Notes: a model not told the origin generated them from the sequence alone. Numbered from the stretch's first letter, positions 1-10,031 are shown. The stretch: DNA of 64,000 nucleotides from Opitutales bacterium (GCA_965197745.1 CBDANS010000007.1:1052306-1116305); one strand, 5' to 3'. Translations and numbers: made by a program.

Positions 1-278
1 CTAAGGAAATTAGCGAAACTGAAATATTGTTAAAAGATATAGAATCACTTAATCACCGGCAATATTCAATTATAAGCCATGCTTTACGTCATCCACGTCA
101 CAGATATACTATATCTAGTCATCGAAAAAGTCATAATGTTGCTTATGATACAGCAAGGCATGATCTTTTGAAGTTATCTAATTTAGGGTTTCTTAATCAG
201 AAAAAAATGGGTAAGAAAATATTATTTGATGTTAAAGATAATTTATTAGACGTCATCAGAGATACGTCATCAGAGTGA
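1..278 (+). CDS. Fic/DOC-family protein, C-terminal winged-helix part (5' end lies outside the window)
   Basis: The frame is open back to position 3. The C-terminal pattern HRQYSIISHAL...VAYDTARHDLLKLSNLGFLNQKKMGKK is typical of Fic protein C-termini. The stop codon TGA (276-278) coincides with the first bases of the IS3 terminus. Confidence 0.5.
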   Translation, partial: KEISETEILLKDIESLNHRQYSIISHALRHPRHRYTISSHRKSHNVAYDTARHDLLKLSNLGFLNQKKMGKKILFDVKDNLLDVIRDTSSE

Positions 279-884
279 TCGGACCCCGTTATTCGTACCA
301 GTTTAAGTGAGAAAGTTACCGGGTGTTAATGATTTTAGGATTGATGTGTTGGAGAGGTCTTGGCGAAGTGAGGGCGTAGCCCGAACGCGGCCAAGATCTG
401 AAAGGAATCAGACAAACTCTAGTGAGCTTCTAAAGCCTAAAGGACTGTGGAGATGTTCATAGTTATAAGTCTGACGCCATTGTTCGATTACTACTTGCGC
501 TTCAGTCACGCTAAGCAACACTTCACGATTTAAATATCCATCGCGTATGCAGTTATGAAGCGACTCGATGAAACTGTTTGTTATTCTCGATCTAGTTCGT
601 TGAAGTGTCGCTTAGCTCTGTAGCCAGGGACTGCCCGGATCGAAATATATCACCTTGATGTTTTGTCGGTCAACCACTGTTGCACTTGATGAGCGATGAA
701 TGGCTTCGCATGTCGTCGCTTCGCTCCTCGGAACACTGCCGTTGTCACTATGGATATAGCTGAGAGTTCACTCTCTTTCAATGGCCTCGCTATTGAACAG
801 AGAGAACATCGTTTGAGGTGGGCTGTCTAGCTACCCGGAGACGCAAACATCTACGTGTGTATTCATCGATTAGAGTCATCATCT

Positions 885-1202
885 TTAATGGACTGCCATT
901 ATCAGTTCGATCATGGACAAAGTCCCAGGACCAGACGTGATTGCGATCATTTGCTTTAGTGAGACACTCTGTTGAGACTCCTTGACGATGTCTACGTTTT
1001 TCGGTGGCTTAACCTGCAGACCCTCTGAACGTCGCACCGTATGAACAAACTTCCTGCTTGTTGTCCAGCCTTCCTTTACGAGCAAGGCACGGATACGCCG
1101 GTAACCGTAGCGGGGATGTTCCCAGGACAAGGGTACAATCCACTCGGCCAACCGCTGAGCTTCCTGCTGCCCTGCTTGGGCTGGTATCTGTAAGTTAAAC
1201 AA
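885..1202 (-). pseudogene. IS3 transposase OrfB, N-terminal fragment
   Basis: The motif HPRYGYRRIRALLVKEGWTTSRKFVHTVRRSEGLQVK is typical of the IS3 OrfB HTH region. The DDE part downstream is broken. Confidence 0.65.
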
Positions 1203-1291
1203 GCTGAAGCTGAGATAAGCACAAGCCCTCTAAAACGAGCACAGTCCTTTCTCAGCCGCATCTTTTACTACTCGCTCCTTCTGCTTTGGGC

Positions 1292-1558
1292 TCACCCCTT
1301 TTTTGACCGCGTTTCTTCCATTACCTGACTCTTGAGCATTTGATCAGCAAGCAACTTCTTCAGCGCGGTGTTTTCTTTTCCCAACTCCTTAAATCGCTTC
1401 GCATCGGCCAGTTCTAAATTGCCATACTTTTTACCCCAGCGATAGAAAGTCAGTTCACTTACGTTGTTGCTACGGCAGATTTCCTGAACCTTTTTACCGG
1501 TAACGGCTTGCCGCAGTATTGCGATGATCTGTTCTGTTGTGTATCTTTTTCTTTTCAT
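1292..1558 (-). CDS. IS3 transposase OrfA (HTH)
   Basis: Sequence MKRKRYTTEQIIAILRQ...ELTFYRWGKKYG...LKKLLADQ. The start was moved to the internal Met at 1558. Confidence 0.7.
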   Translation of the reverse strand: MKRKRYTTEQIIAILRQAVTGKKVQEICRSNNVSELTFYRWGKKYGNLELADAKRFKELGKENTALKKLLADQMLKSQVMEETRSKKG

Positions 1559-1699
1559 TAAGCTTATCCGTTTATCCCCATAACCTCTCTCTGTTAATGA
1601 TTCGATTTTTTGGGTCACTCCACCTACATGCACACCTTTTCCAACTGAGCAGTCGAGAATTGGAGGCTGAGAGGAGAGATTGCCAAGGCCGTCCGGCAA

Positions 1700-2096
1700 T
1701 TGTGCTACCGGATGCGGGGCTATGATCGGAAAGCAGAGAAGTATGGGGTTATATTCGTATTCAGGACACCACTTGGGAGGGAATCTCCTTTACTTTCGCT
1801 ACCGAAGGGCTGACAAACCTGGATGATTATGTGCTGAAAGCCTGCCTGGAAATCGCTGAGCCGCTGCTTGCGCGGTTTTTGCAGAAGGGACATAGAATTC
1901 GTGGTATCGGGCTACATACGATTGAAATGGATGCGACCAACCAGCTTGAACTCTTTTTTCGCGAAGACGAAAAGTTAGCGCGGATGTACTTCGCGGTGGA
2001 CAAATCAACAACCGCTTTGGCCTCGACACCATCATGCAGGCTTCCATGAAGTACGCCGTTAAGGGAAAAACTCATTTTCTGGAACGGAATGTTTAA
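1700..2096 (+). pseudogene. Y-family DNA polymerase (DinB-like) C-terminal remnant, frameshifted and 5'-truncated by IS3
   Basis: GIGLHTIEMDATNQLELFF...KLARMYFAVDK continues after a frameshift as INNRFGLDTIMQAS. This matches the little-finger/C-terminal pattern of DinB. Confidence 0.45.
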
Positions 2097-2391
2097 AGCA
2101 ATGATCGTTCTTTTTTACTTCGATTGATTATTGAACTGATCGAAAATGTGGCATGATGGTTTTATTTCGCCAGATCGATGCTCTTGTCAGTATTACCCTA
2201 TTTCTTCAGCTTGTCGTTATCTCTCCCACTGGTTTGTAAGAAACGGGTTCTCACGTTAAAAAGCAGCAACATAAAAAAGAGAGGGAGTTTAAGTATTTTT
2301 TGGTATTTAATAGGCATGAATAATTTCAACTATAGCGCTCGTCTGTAATTTGATAATGGTTAGGTTGGAACTCTAACCTAACCGACAAGTA

Positions 2392-4776
2392 ATGCTTCGA
2401 AAGCTCATATTTTTTGCGGTGACTGCTATAATGTTAAGCAGTTTCCAATTTCTTTACGCACATAATGTGTCTTTTCCTTTACCCAGTGATAAGATCAATG
2501 AATACCCTTTTAACATGGTGGGAAAAGTTTCCTCGAGAGATTTCGTTGGTTCTGGCACAGCAATATCACAAAAGGTTGTTCTCTCCGCAGCACATGTTTT
2601 TTTTGATATTGAGAATCTAGATTGGCATCCAAGCCCTTTTAGGTGGAACTTACGCCATTCTCCATCCGATCGAATTTTTGATATAAGTGCGCGATCTTAC
2701 AATCATTTTAGCGACTTTGCTTTAGCCACACGCCGTTTTCAACCTGATGATCCGGCTTTCAACTCATATGAACAATTTAATCGCGATGTCATTACTCTTA
2801 TATTTTATGAAGATGTAGCTAATGGAGGCCATGCAGGACGGGGTAGCAACCGAATCACCGATAACTCTGATAAAATGATCGTCGGATATCCTAACCTGAA
2901 CTACCCCGATTATGATCAGAGAAGAGACACAATGCATTCGACTAGTCTTGATGGGAGTCCTGCCAAATATGAACTGATAGACTACTATGACCGACAGGGT
3001 TCTATAAGTCGACTTTATGAAACTTACGATTTGTCTACAGGTCCAGGTAATAGTGGGGGTCCGGTATACGGGTTAATTAGATTTGCGAATGGTACTGTTG
3101 ATTGGGGTGTAGTGGGTATAACTGTTGGTGGCCGTACAGGCGAGTCTTCCGTGGCGGTAGGTATTGACCAAGCTATTTCTGATTTAATCAAAGAGGCGGA
3201 ATCCACTTTTGATACTATCTCATCCGACGACCATGGATATACTCGCAGCACAGCGACCACGGTAGAACTTAATCGCTCTATTGCGGGCAACTTAGATACA
3301 GTTGGTGATATTGATTATTTTCGTTTTGTAATAAAGAGCGATGGAACGATAAATGCATATACAACAGGTGATACCGATACCCTTGGAACATTACAGAATA
3401 ATTCAGGAAACGTTATTACGACAAAAGACGGTAGTGGTTCAGGGGAGAATTTTTTAATTACACGGGTACTCAATCCGGGAACATATTACATCGCCGTCAG
3501 CAATTTCTCTTTTGAAAAAACAGGTAGATATTCTTTTCGCGTTGATTTTACTGAGACCATTAAATTACCAGACTTAGCGGTTGATTTTATTAGCGTAGAC
3601 AGAAGGTCAGTAGTAGCAGGTGAATCGGTTCGTGTTGGTTTCAATAGAAGTAACACGGGGGATAAAAATTCTGGTATATTCGCTCATGGGATCTATTTAT
3701 CGGGGGATAAAATTATTACAACCAGAGATACACGATTGTTAAATTTGAAAAATATAAGTATGAATGTGGGTGCTTCAGGAAGAATCTCTTTTAAAGTAAT
3801 TATACCAACGAATACAATTCCGGGTATTTATTACCTAAGTTATATTCTCGACTCTGATATGAAGATTAAAGAAACCGATGAGACTAACAACACAGGTTAT
3901 GCTGAAATTACGGTATCGGAACCTATTTCAGACGATGATGGAGACTTAGTGCTTGGTGGCTTTGGTGATATAGCTGGAAAGGATATTCAGCACCCTAATG
4001 GAAACGTCTTTGACCAAATTTTGCTCACTGGACCATTCATAAAGCTCAAGGCGAAGCCAGGTCAGATCACGAGGGCATCGTTTATGGATGAAAACGAAGA
4101 CATTGTCCAGGTAGAGTTCTCAGGCAGCGGTACCTTTACCGTGACATTAGACCCGACCACTTTTTTACCTCCCGCTTTACCCCCACGCTATAACCAGCAG
4201 GTGGAGTACGTCACCGGCAAGCCCAGCGTGGTGATCGAAGGAGCAGACTCCTCGACCTTCTTCAGTATCTTCACGGTGGGATCGATCAACGCGGTGAACC
4301 AGACGTTGTTCCCCGAGGGACAGGTCTATGATGCGCAAGCGGATGTGACTCTGGTGGAGGTAATTAACTCCACGGGTACCGGAGGGATGCAGTTGTCGAA
4401 CACGGTGTTCAGTGGAAGCACGGGCAACGTCGGGGTGATTGCAAGAGTGGTGCCGATTGCAGTACGCTTAACAGTTGGTGATATCGATGCTGATGGCGAT
4501 GCAGTGCCGCACCTCTTGTTCGGAGAAGGTTCGTTCACGGTGCCATCTGGCAATCCCGGGTTGCGCATCACCGGTGGAGACTTGAAGCAAACAAACAGTG
4601 CTTCAATCGTGATCGCGGAGAGCAGATCGACAACTCCCGGGTTTGAGATCCTGATCTCTCAGAATAACTTCAAGTCCGATGGAATCCCTCAGCCCGCTCA
4701 AAGTATAGATGCTACCTTTGTAAACGAGGACGGAACTGTGATCCCCGTAACTGTGGATAATTTAACAATCGAATAA
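2392..4776 (+). CDS. Secreted multidomain trypsin-like (S1/V8-type) serine protease with PPC-like, CARDB-like and a shared 276-aa C-terminal domain
   Basis: Signal peptide present. His motif SAAHV and Ser motif GPGNSGGPVYG. DIDYFRF...GTYYIAVS (pre-peptidase C-terminal type). PDLAV...ETDETNNTG (CARDB-like). The C-terminus is about 80% identical to that of 60004..61980. Confidence 0.8.
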   Translation: MLRKLIFFAVTAIMLSSFQFLYAHNVSFPLPSDKINEYPFNMVGKVSSRDFVGSGTAISQKVVLSAAHVFFDIENLDWHPSPFRWNLRHSPSDRIFDISARSYNHFSDFALATRRFQPDDPAFNSYEQFNRDVITLIFYEDVANGGHAGRGSNRITDNSDKMIVGYPNLNYPDYDQRRDTMHSTSLDGSPAKYELIDYYDRQGSISRLYETYDLSTGPGNSGGPVYGLIRFANGTVDWGVVGITVGGRTGESSVAVGIDQAISDLIKEAESTFDTISSDDHGYTRSTATTVELNRSIAGNLDTVGDIDYFRFVIKSDGTINAYTTGDTDTLGTLQNNSGNVITTKDGSGSGENFLITRVLNPGTYYIAVSNFSFEKTGRYSFRVDFTETIKLPDLAVDFISVDRRSVVAGESVRVGFNRSNTGDKNSGIFAHGIYLSGDKIITTRDTRLLNLKNISMNVGASGRISFKVIIPTNTIPGIYYLSYILDSDMKIKETDETNNTGYAEITVSEPISDDDGDLVLGGFGDIAGKDIQHPNGNVFDQILLTGPFIKLKAKPGQITRASFMDENEDIVQVEFSGSGTFTVTLDPTTFLPPALPPRYNQQVEYVTGKPSVVIEGADSSTFFSIFTVGSINAVNQTLFPEGQVYDAQADVTLVEVINSTGTGGMQLSNTVFSGSTGNVGVIARVVPIAVRLTVGDIDADGDAVPHLLFGEGSFTVPSGNPGLRITGGDLKQTNSASIVIAESRSTTPGFEILISQNNFKSDGIPQPAQSIDATFVNEDGTVIPVTVDNLTIE

Positions 4777-5027
4777 GATCGGTATTAATTAACGTAATTC
4801 ATGGCTTTGTAAGGTCTTACCAGGTATTCGAAAATTCCTTCTGATTTCTTTGCTTTACTATTTTTAATCATCCCATTCCTTGATAGATTATATTCGAGTA
4901 TGGAAAGTCTTAGAATGGCTTGGGATCGCCTTGAATTAAAAACCGGTAGGACCCCTTTATCGCCCTAGCCTGTACTTTGCGTTACCCCGGCCGTTGCAGG
5001 TGTCTAGCTATTGATATTTATTCCCTC

Positions 5028-5267
5028 CTATAAATAGCTACTCTCACTTGCCATACGGGAGAGCCCAACATCGTCGCATAGTTCAAGCTGCGATTTGTCC
5101 CGGAAGGTAAAAGTATCTTCTTGATAGGTGATATTTTCGCGACAACTCTGCGCCTCCCTCCGGTTGTGTTTGTCGATGACGTCTTGTCTGGTGCCACGGT
5201 GTTGCCAGAGCAAGGACAAGCCAATCAAAGTAAAGACCAGAAGAAAGCAAATAAGAACGATAACCAT
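5028..5267 (-). CDS. Small hypothetical membrane-anchored protein
   Basis: 79-aa ORF with an N-terminal hydrophobic helix (VIVLICFLLVFTLIGLSLLW). No clear RBS. Confidence 0.25.
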   Translation of the reverse strand: MVIVLICFLLVFTLIGLSLLWQHRGTRQDVIDKHNRREAQSCRENITYQEDTFTFRDKSQLELCDDVGLSRMASESSYL

Positions 5268-6123
5268 GAGAGTAACTTTATACGTGGTTCTCTGGTTGTG
5301 ACTAGTTCAAAAATCTCATATCTTAACATTAGAAGCAAGACGCACGTCGTTTGGATAGGTCCTGGACAAATGCATTTTACAGTTTCTTATGACAGATTTC
5401 TATTTCGAGACAGGGACAGGGAAATCTCGAGCTTCCTGAATCTAAGAGCGGGACAGAGGGGGGCGGTTTTTTTTGCGTTAGGTTGACGCCGTCATGATGC
5501 CTTCAATATATAAATTTATAACTTTTCTTTTGTTTGTTGTTTTGCGCGCGCAAGTTGTAAAAACAGGACTTCAATCTTATCTGTAGACACACTTAAAAAA
5601 GAGAGGGAGGATCGACACGATTCTCTCTTATCAAGCTGTCCATTAATTAATGGATATTTTAGGTTGTCCGCAATGAAGACCAACCTGTGGACACACTAAA
5701 AAAGTGATCTATCGTTTCTGGGTTGCTTGAGCAGACCGTTATTGGCGGTAGTGTGCGCGGACCAAAAGGGGATACCCTAAAAGGAGATCTTAGAAGGAGA
5801 CCCGCACAATCGTTATTATGTCCAGTTGATTTGTAAATAATTGATATTCAACATATTAAATTTATACATAAAATTCCTAACGGTCTTAGAACGACGCTAA
5901 TTAAGGGGTAAGCCCCAGTTTAAAACCCTAATTAAGCCGGGGTTGACATACTATTGTTACACGCACTGCGCCCCATAATTCAGAGTATCCCTATCAAGAA
6001 AACGTTCGCCGTCTGACATCGCCGGTGTCCGCTAATTTGGGAATAAACCAATCTGGGAGCAAATCAGGTTACAGAGGGGCGGGGGGGTGCGATCGGAAGA
6101 CCGACCCTTAGTCCATATATCGA

Positions 6124-6500
6124 TTTACTCACCGGAAAATATTTTTACAAAGGGCAAAGTTTGGGAGCAAAATAATTTAAAAAGACCCTGCTTAAATTGG
6201 CTTTTAAATGTACGATTCCCCTCCGTTATGAAACCCCCTTTCTCGAGGCTCTCAGACCCCTTCACGGGCAAATCAAATCAAGCTTCCAGGCTTCAAAAAA
6301 TCCCCTCGGACACAAACCCATTCAAGCGAGCGTACGAAAGCACGCATTATCTTTTAGAATATTTCCCCGCAGTAAAATCTGTTCCTTAAAGATATTGTCT
6401 GTGTCTGCTTGGGACAGCTCATTTCAAATATTAAAATGTCCATTGATAAAAAACATGTAGGTAACCAAATTAAATCTTGGTTGCTTTCGAGGTTTTATTA
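6124..6500 (+). ncRNA. Candidate non-coding transcription unit U1 (promoter-like TTTACT-N16-TACAAA to hairpin plus U-tract)
   Basis: Paralogous to U2. It ends in GGTAACCAA-N8-TTGGTTGC followed by TTTCGAGGTTTTATTATTA. The G-T pair in the stem only works on the + strand. ORFs here are not conserved in U2. Confidence 0.35.
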
Positions 6501-6543
6501 TTACGGTTTTAATCAGCAGATCGACCGGGGGTCCCCCAATTAA

Positions 6544-6945
6544 TTTACTCACCGTAAAATATATTTACAAAGAGGGATGTAAGGGACCCAAAAAATAAAG
6601 CCACAAGCATTAAATTGGCTCTAAAAGGTACGATCACCCTTCGTCATGATATACATTATGCCTTAAGATACAACCGCCCTTTCTCGAGGTATTCAGCCCT
6701 CTTGAAGAGCAAATCAAATTAAGCTTAGAAGCTTTAAATATTCCCCCAGCCTTGAAAACATTCAATCGAGCGTACGAAAGCACACATTTTTATAACTTAA
6801 ACTATATTCCCCAGACAATGTCACCGTACTAAAATAGTATAGAAGAGAATTTGCCTACATTGCTCGTTTATTTATAAATGCATTAACAAAAAAACATAAC
6901 GGGTAACCAAATTAAACTTTGGTTACCCCAATGTTCTTTAATATC
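6544..6945 (+). ncRNA. Candidate non-coding transcription unit U2
   Basis: Starts with the same motif TTTACTCACCGTAAAATATATTTACAAAG. Shares the internal blocks CCCTTTCTCGAGG and GAGCGTACGAAAGCAC. Ends in the hairpin GGGTAACCAA-N8-TTGGTTACCC. No ORF of 60 aa or more. Confidence 0.35.
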
Positions 6946-7085
6946 TATGTTCTTATCAACCTTGTTCTTCGTACAAGTCTGCACCCTGTGCTGGTTTTAT
7001 CACAATAAAGATGTCCAGGGTGCATGTATAAGATCGATAAGGTGTCCAGTATGCATATTTATTAAACCTGTGCATAAAACTATTT

Positions 7086-7241
7086 CTGATCGATCAGGAT
7101 TTGCATTTTGGCATCATTTTCGTGATTTTTCGTAATCCTGATCGATCAGAACTTGTGTTTTTGTGTCATTTTCGCGATTTTTCGTAATCCTGATCGATCA
7201 GAACTTGTGTTTTAGCATTATTTTTGTGATTTAGCCTTTTT
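7086..7241. repeat. 52-bp tandem repeats, each carrying the 12-bp palindrome CTGATCGATCAG (iteron-like)
   Basis: Palindromes at 7086-7097, 7138-7149 and 7190-7201, spaced exactly 52 bp. Degenerate ATTTTCGYGATTTTTCG units continue to about 7330. Confidence 0.8.
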
Positions 7242-7520
7242 CGTTTTAGCAAGACTTACGTTTCAGGGCCATTTTGTGATTTTTCATGATTCGCTTTTGC
7301 GAGATTTGCATTTTTCCCCACGCCCGCACCTCGTAAAGAGGTTAATGATGCGGCGATAGCTACAGAGCCGACGCTACTCCAGGCAAACTTACTAGCATGT
7401 TTTTATTGATGACCTAAGTAATGGTTTTACTTAAGTAGAAGATGAACCCCGACCTGAATGACCCGGGGAATCCAAAAGAGTGGAAATAGTATTTTTTTTG
7501 CATGGATCATCTTTTTAAAA

Positions 7521-7668
7521 CGACCGGTAAATATATTTACAACTCAGACCCTTATCCCTCAGACAATATTTTCGTACTTAAATACCATACAAAAGAATTT
7601 GTCCGCAATGCCCGTTAATAAAAAAGCTGATGCTTGAGGGAAGGGGGTGTTACCAAGCACCCCCTTTT
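7521..7668 (+). ncRNA. Candidate short unit U3 (promoter-like start fused to the 3' part of the U2-type unit)
   Basis: CCGGTAAATATATTTACAAC start, then a 3' part homologous to U2 (CCCTCAGACAATATTTTCGTACTTAAATA). Ends in a strong terminator. Confidence 0.3.
7642..7668 (+). terminator. Intrinsic terminator hairpin
   Basis: GGGGGTG-TTACCAAG-CACCCCC followed by TTTTT. It abuts the stop of the convergent gene 7668..8273. Confidence 0.7.
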
Positions 7669-8273
7669 TATCTTGTTTTTGGAAAGTATTCCTTTCCAGC
7701 CAACCATAAATAAGTATCAATCTCTCTAAGCGAAAAACCGGTTAGCTTATAAAACATCTGAAATTTCTTAATAACATCTGAAAATATCTTGTAAGTCTTT
7801 AATTCATATCTTTTAAACTCAGCAAATTGATACATATTTCTAAAGTGCCATAGCATTTCACTTACGTGATGATCATAAATCGAATAAACATTTGGTTTAT
7901 GATAACTGTAGTATTTTGTCGCGAAAGAATAATTATTCCGGGATTTACCACCTATCTCGACTGAAGCAATTTCGTTTATTAAATCTCCTTTCCCGCTGTT
8001 CAAGTCTTCATCTATATCTGAAACATAGATATGGTTCGATACTGAATAAATATCAAATATATTGGTTCCGGAGAGTCGGTTTAATGCTGTAGTCTTCAAT
8101 AGAACAAATCTTAAATCGTTGTTTTCTGGACATAGTTTAGTAAATAAGACTTTCAATGCATCTTCTTGATCATTGTATTGTTTCATATATCTCCATTTCT
8201 TGAGATAAGATTTAACAATTCTTTTACTTGGTTTCTCAACTGATCTTTTCATTGTTCTCCTGGTCGTGACCAT
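7668..8273 (-). CDS. Hypothetical protein (201 aa)
   Basis: Clean AT-rich ORF with no recognisable catalytic motif. Confidence 0.55.
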   Translation of the reverse strand: MVTTRRTMKRSVEKPSKRIVKSYLKKWRYMKQYNDQEDALKVLFTKLCPENNDLRFVLLKTTALNRLSGTNIFDIYSVSNHIYVSDIDEDLNSGKGDLINEIASVEIGGKSRNNYSFATKYYSYHKPNVYSIYDHHVSEMLWHFRNMYQFAEFKRYELKTYKIFSDVIKKFQMFYKLTGFSLREIDTYLWLAGKEYFPKTR

Positions 8274-8306
8274 CCAAACCTAAATGACTATGGTCGGGTG
8301 ATCGGG

Positions 8307-8881
8307 TTACGTAAACTGGTCCACCGAGAGAGTTAGTCTGGAGAGGTTAATGTTGAAGTTAAGTTGGTAGAGGAAGTCAAGGCTTGGGCGCAATGAGGGC
8401 GTAGCCCGAATGGAGCACGAGCCTTGTTTATAGGCGTCCAAAGCGAAGCGTCTCGGTGTAATGTTGCCGAGACTGCGGTGTGGGCGAACGTTGTTATAAA
8501 GCCAGCGCCAGTCTTCGATAACGACACGCGCTTCGGTCAATGTCCATAATTGCTCGCGATTTAAGCACTCCTCGCGAAACCGGGCGTGGAAGGATTCAAT
8601 GTATCCGTTGTTATTCTCGCTATCGCTCGTTGAGGTGTCGCTTCGCTCGGTAGCCAGGGACTTCCCGGTTCGATGTAGATGGTTCTGATATTCATGGCAG
8701 CAAGCCAGGTCCGCAACTGCGTTTCTATTAAATGGCTTCGCATGTCGTCGCTTCGCTCCTCGGAACCGAACCGTTGTCGCTGCGGATATATGGTGGAGGT
8801 CCCTATTGCTTGATCAGCTTCTGCATGACAGCCCGTGCGCTCTGTGCATTGATAAGACGATCGACAGGGATGAACAGGCAC
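8307..8881 (-). pseudogene. IS3 OrfB (DDE) remnants
   Basis: Fragments TEARVVIEDWRWLYNNVRPHRSLG and IYIEPGSPW lie in different frames. Confidence 0.75.
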
Positions 8882-9260
8882 TCGCGCGTATAGGTCTTCG
8901 CTTCACTTGAGTGTCGTCGCTTTCAGCTCCTCGGTACATCGAGTATCGTCAGCATCTTGAGACGGCCACCGCGGATCGTCTTATCGTGGATAAAATCCCA
9001 GCTGAAAACGTGGTCAGGATATTCGGCGGCAGTCAGCAAGCCGGTGGAGACACCCCGTCGCCGGCGTTTCGGCCTTGCGCGGGGCAATGGCCAAACCTAA
9101 CTCGCGACGCAAGCGTTGCACCAAGCGTTTACCTACCTCCCATCTTTCGTCCTTCAACAACTTCGTGATCCTGGTATAGCCCCCAGCTGGCATATTGCCG
9201 GGATAACCGCCGTATCGCCGCTTTCAGCTTCATTAACCACACGCATCAGATTGCCTCGTC

Positions 9261-9659
9261 TCATAGACATACGTGGGACGGTGGAGGAGAAAATATCGGC
9301 ACGCTCCACGCATCGAACATCGGCCCCGAGCTGCATATCTTTCCGCCACCTGAGGTTTGTGCCCAGGGCTTACTACCGAGCGTATGCGACATCTCCCATT
9401 TTTTTTCGAGGGTCTCCTGCAGGATCTCTATCCCTAGCAGCTTGTCCGCCAGCATCCGCTTTAACCGCGTGTTTTCCTTCTCCAGTTCCTTCATCCGCTT
9501 GGCCTGATTCACATCAATCATCACAAACTCCCGTTTCCAACGGTGGAAGGTCTGTTCGCTGAGGTTATTCTCACGGCACACTTCCTGGGTCGACTTGCCT
9601 CTGTCTGCTTGCCGCAATATCCGTATCTTCTCTTCGGTTGTATATCTTTTGCCTTTCAT
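9261..9659 (-). CDS. IS3 OrfA (HTH), copy 2
   Basis: MKGKRYTTEEKIRILRQADRGKSTQEVCRENNLSEQTFHRWKREF...LKRMLADKLLGIEILQETLEKK. Confidence 0.7.
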   Translation of the reverse strand: MKGKRYTTEEKIRILRQADRGKSTQEVCRENNLSEQTFHRWKREFVMIDVNQAKRMKELEKENTRLKRMLADKLLGIEILQETLEKKWEMSHTLGSKPWAQTSGGGKICSSGPMFDAWSVPIFSPPPSHVCL

Positions 9660-10031
9660 TGTCTGAGTCCTTTCCAGGTTACCCAGAATAACTTTTCAAG
9701 GGGCTCAGTTTCCGTGGTCTCGACCAACTACTACCTTCTTGAAATAGAAGCAAAGCCTCGTGGATATGAGAATACTGTAGTCCATGCTTATTCGATTCCA
9801 AAACAACAGCTTTATGAAGTTTATCAATCGCTAACAAAGCATTTTCAGCCAAAATAGTTATATCACATTCTTCTTTAGTTAATGAGGGTTTATCACAAGT
9901 TTATATTAGTGTTTCCATAGTTGTATCTTTATATAAGTCAGTGTTTATTATTATTTTTTAGTTAAGATCTAATTCTAGGAAATTCCGTTAATAAATTCAT
10001 AAACACATCATTAAGTGTCTCATGTGTCTTT

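Larger units (their letters stand above)
276..1660 (-). mobile_element. IS3-family element, copy 1 (divergent, decayed; right end approximate)
   Basis: The terminus TGATCGG... at 276 resembles the termini of the other copies. It has an orfA plus orfB remnants and carries both small internal inserts seen in copy 2. Confidence 0.6.
8299..9726 (-). mobile_element. IS3-family element, copy 2 (both ends present, transposase decayed)
   Basis: Termini TGATCGGGTTACGTAAACTGG... and ...CCGTGGTCTCGACCA. The A8 slippery run is at 9399-9406. orfB is split into several frames by small inserts. Confidence 0.8.

Noticed and set aside
6087-6460. ORFs 6087..6389 and 6197..6460 as protein genes
   Set aside because: The paralogous unit at 6544-6945 has no ORF of 60 codons or more in any frame, so conservation is at the nucleotide level rather than the coding level.
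9543-9857. ORF 9543..9857 as an intact gene
   Set aside because: Its first two thirds run through the IS3 copy 2 terminus. Only the last 30 or so codons (after 9726) resemble the C-terminus of 32445..32801, so it is a truncated remnant fused to IS sequence.
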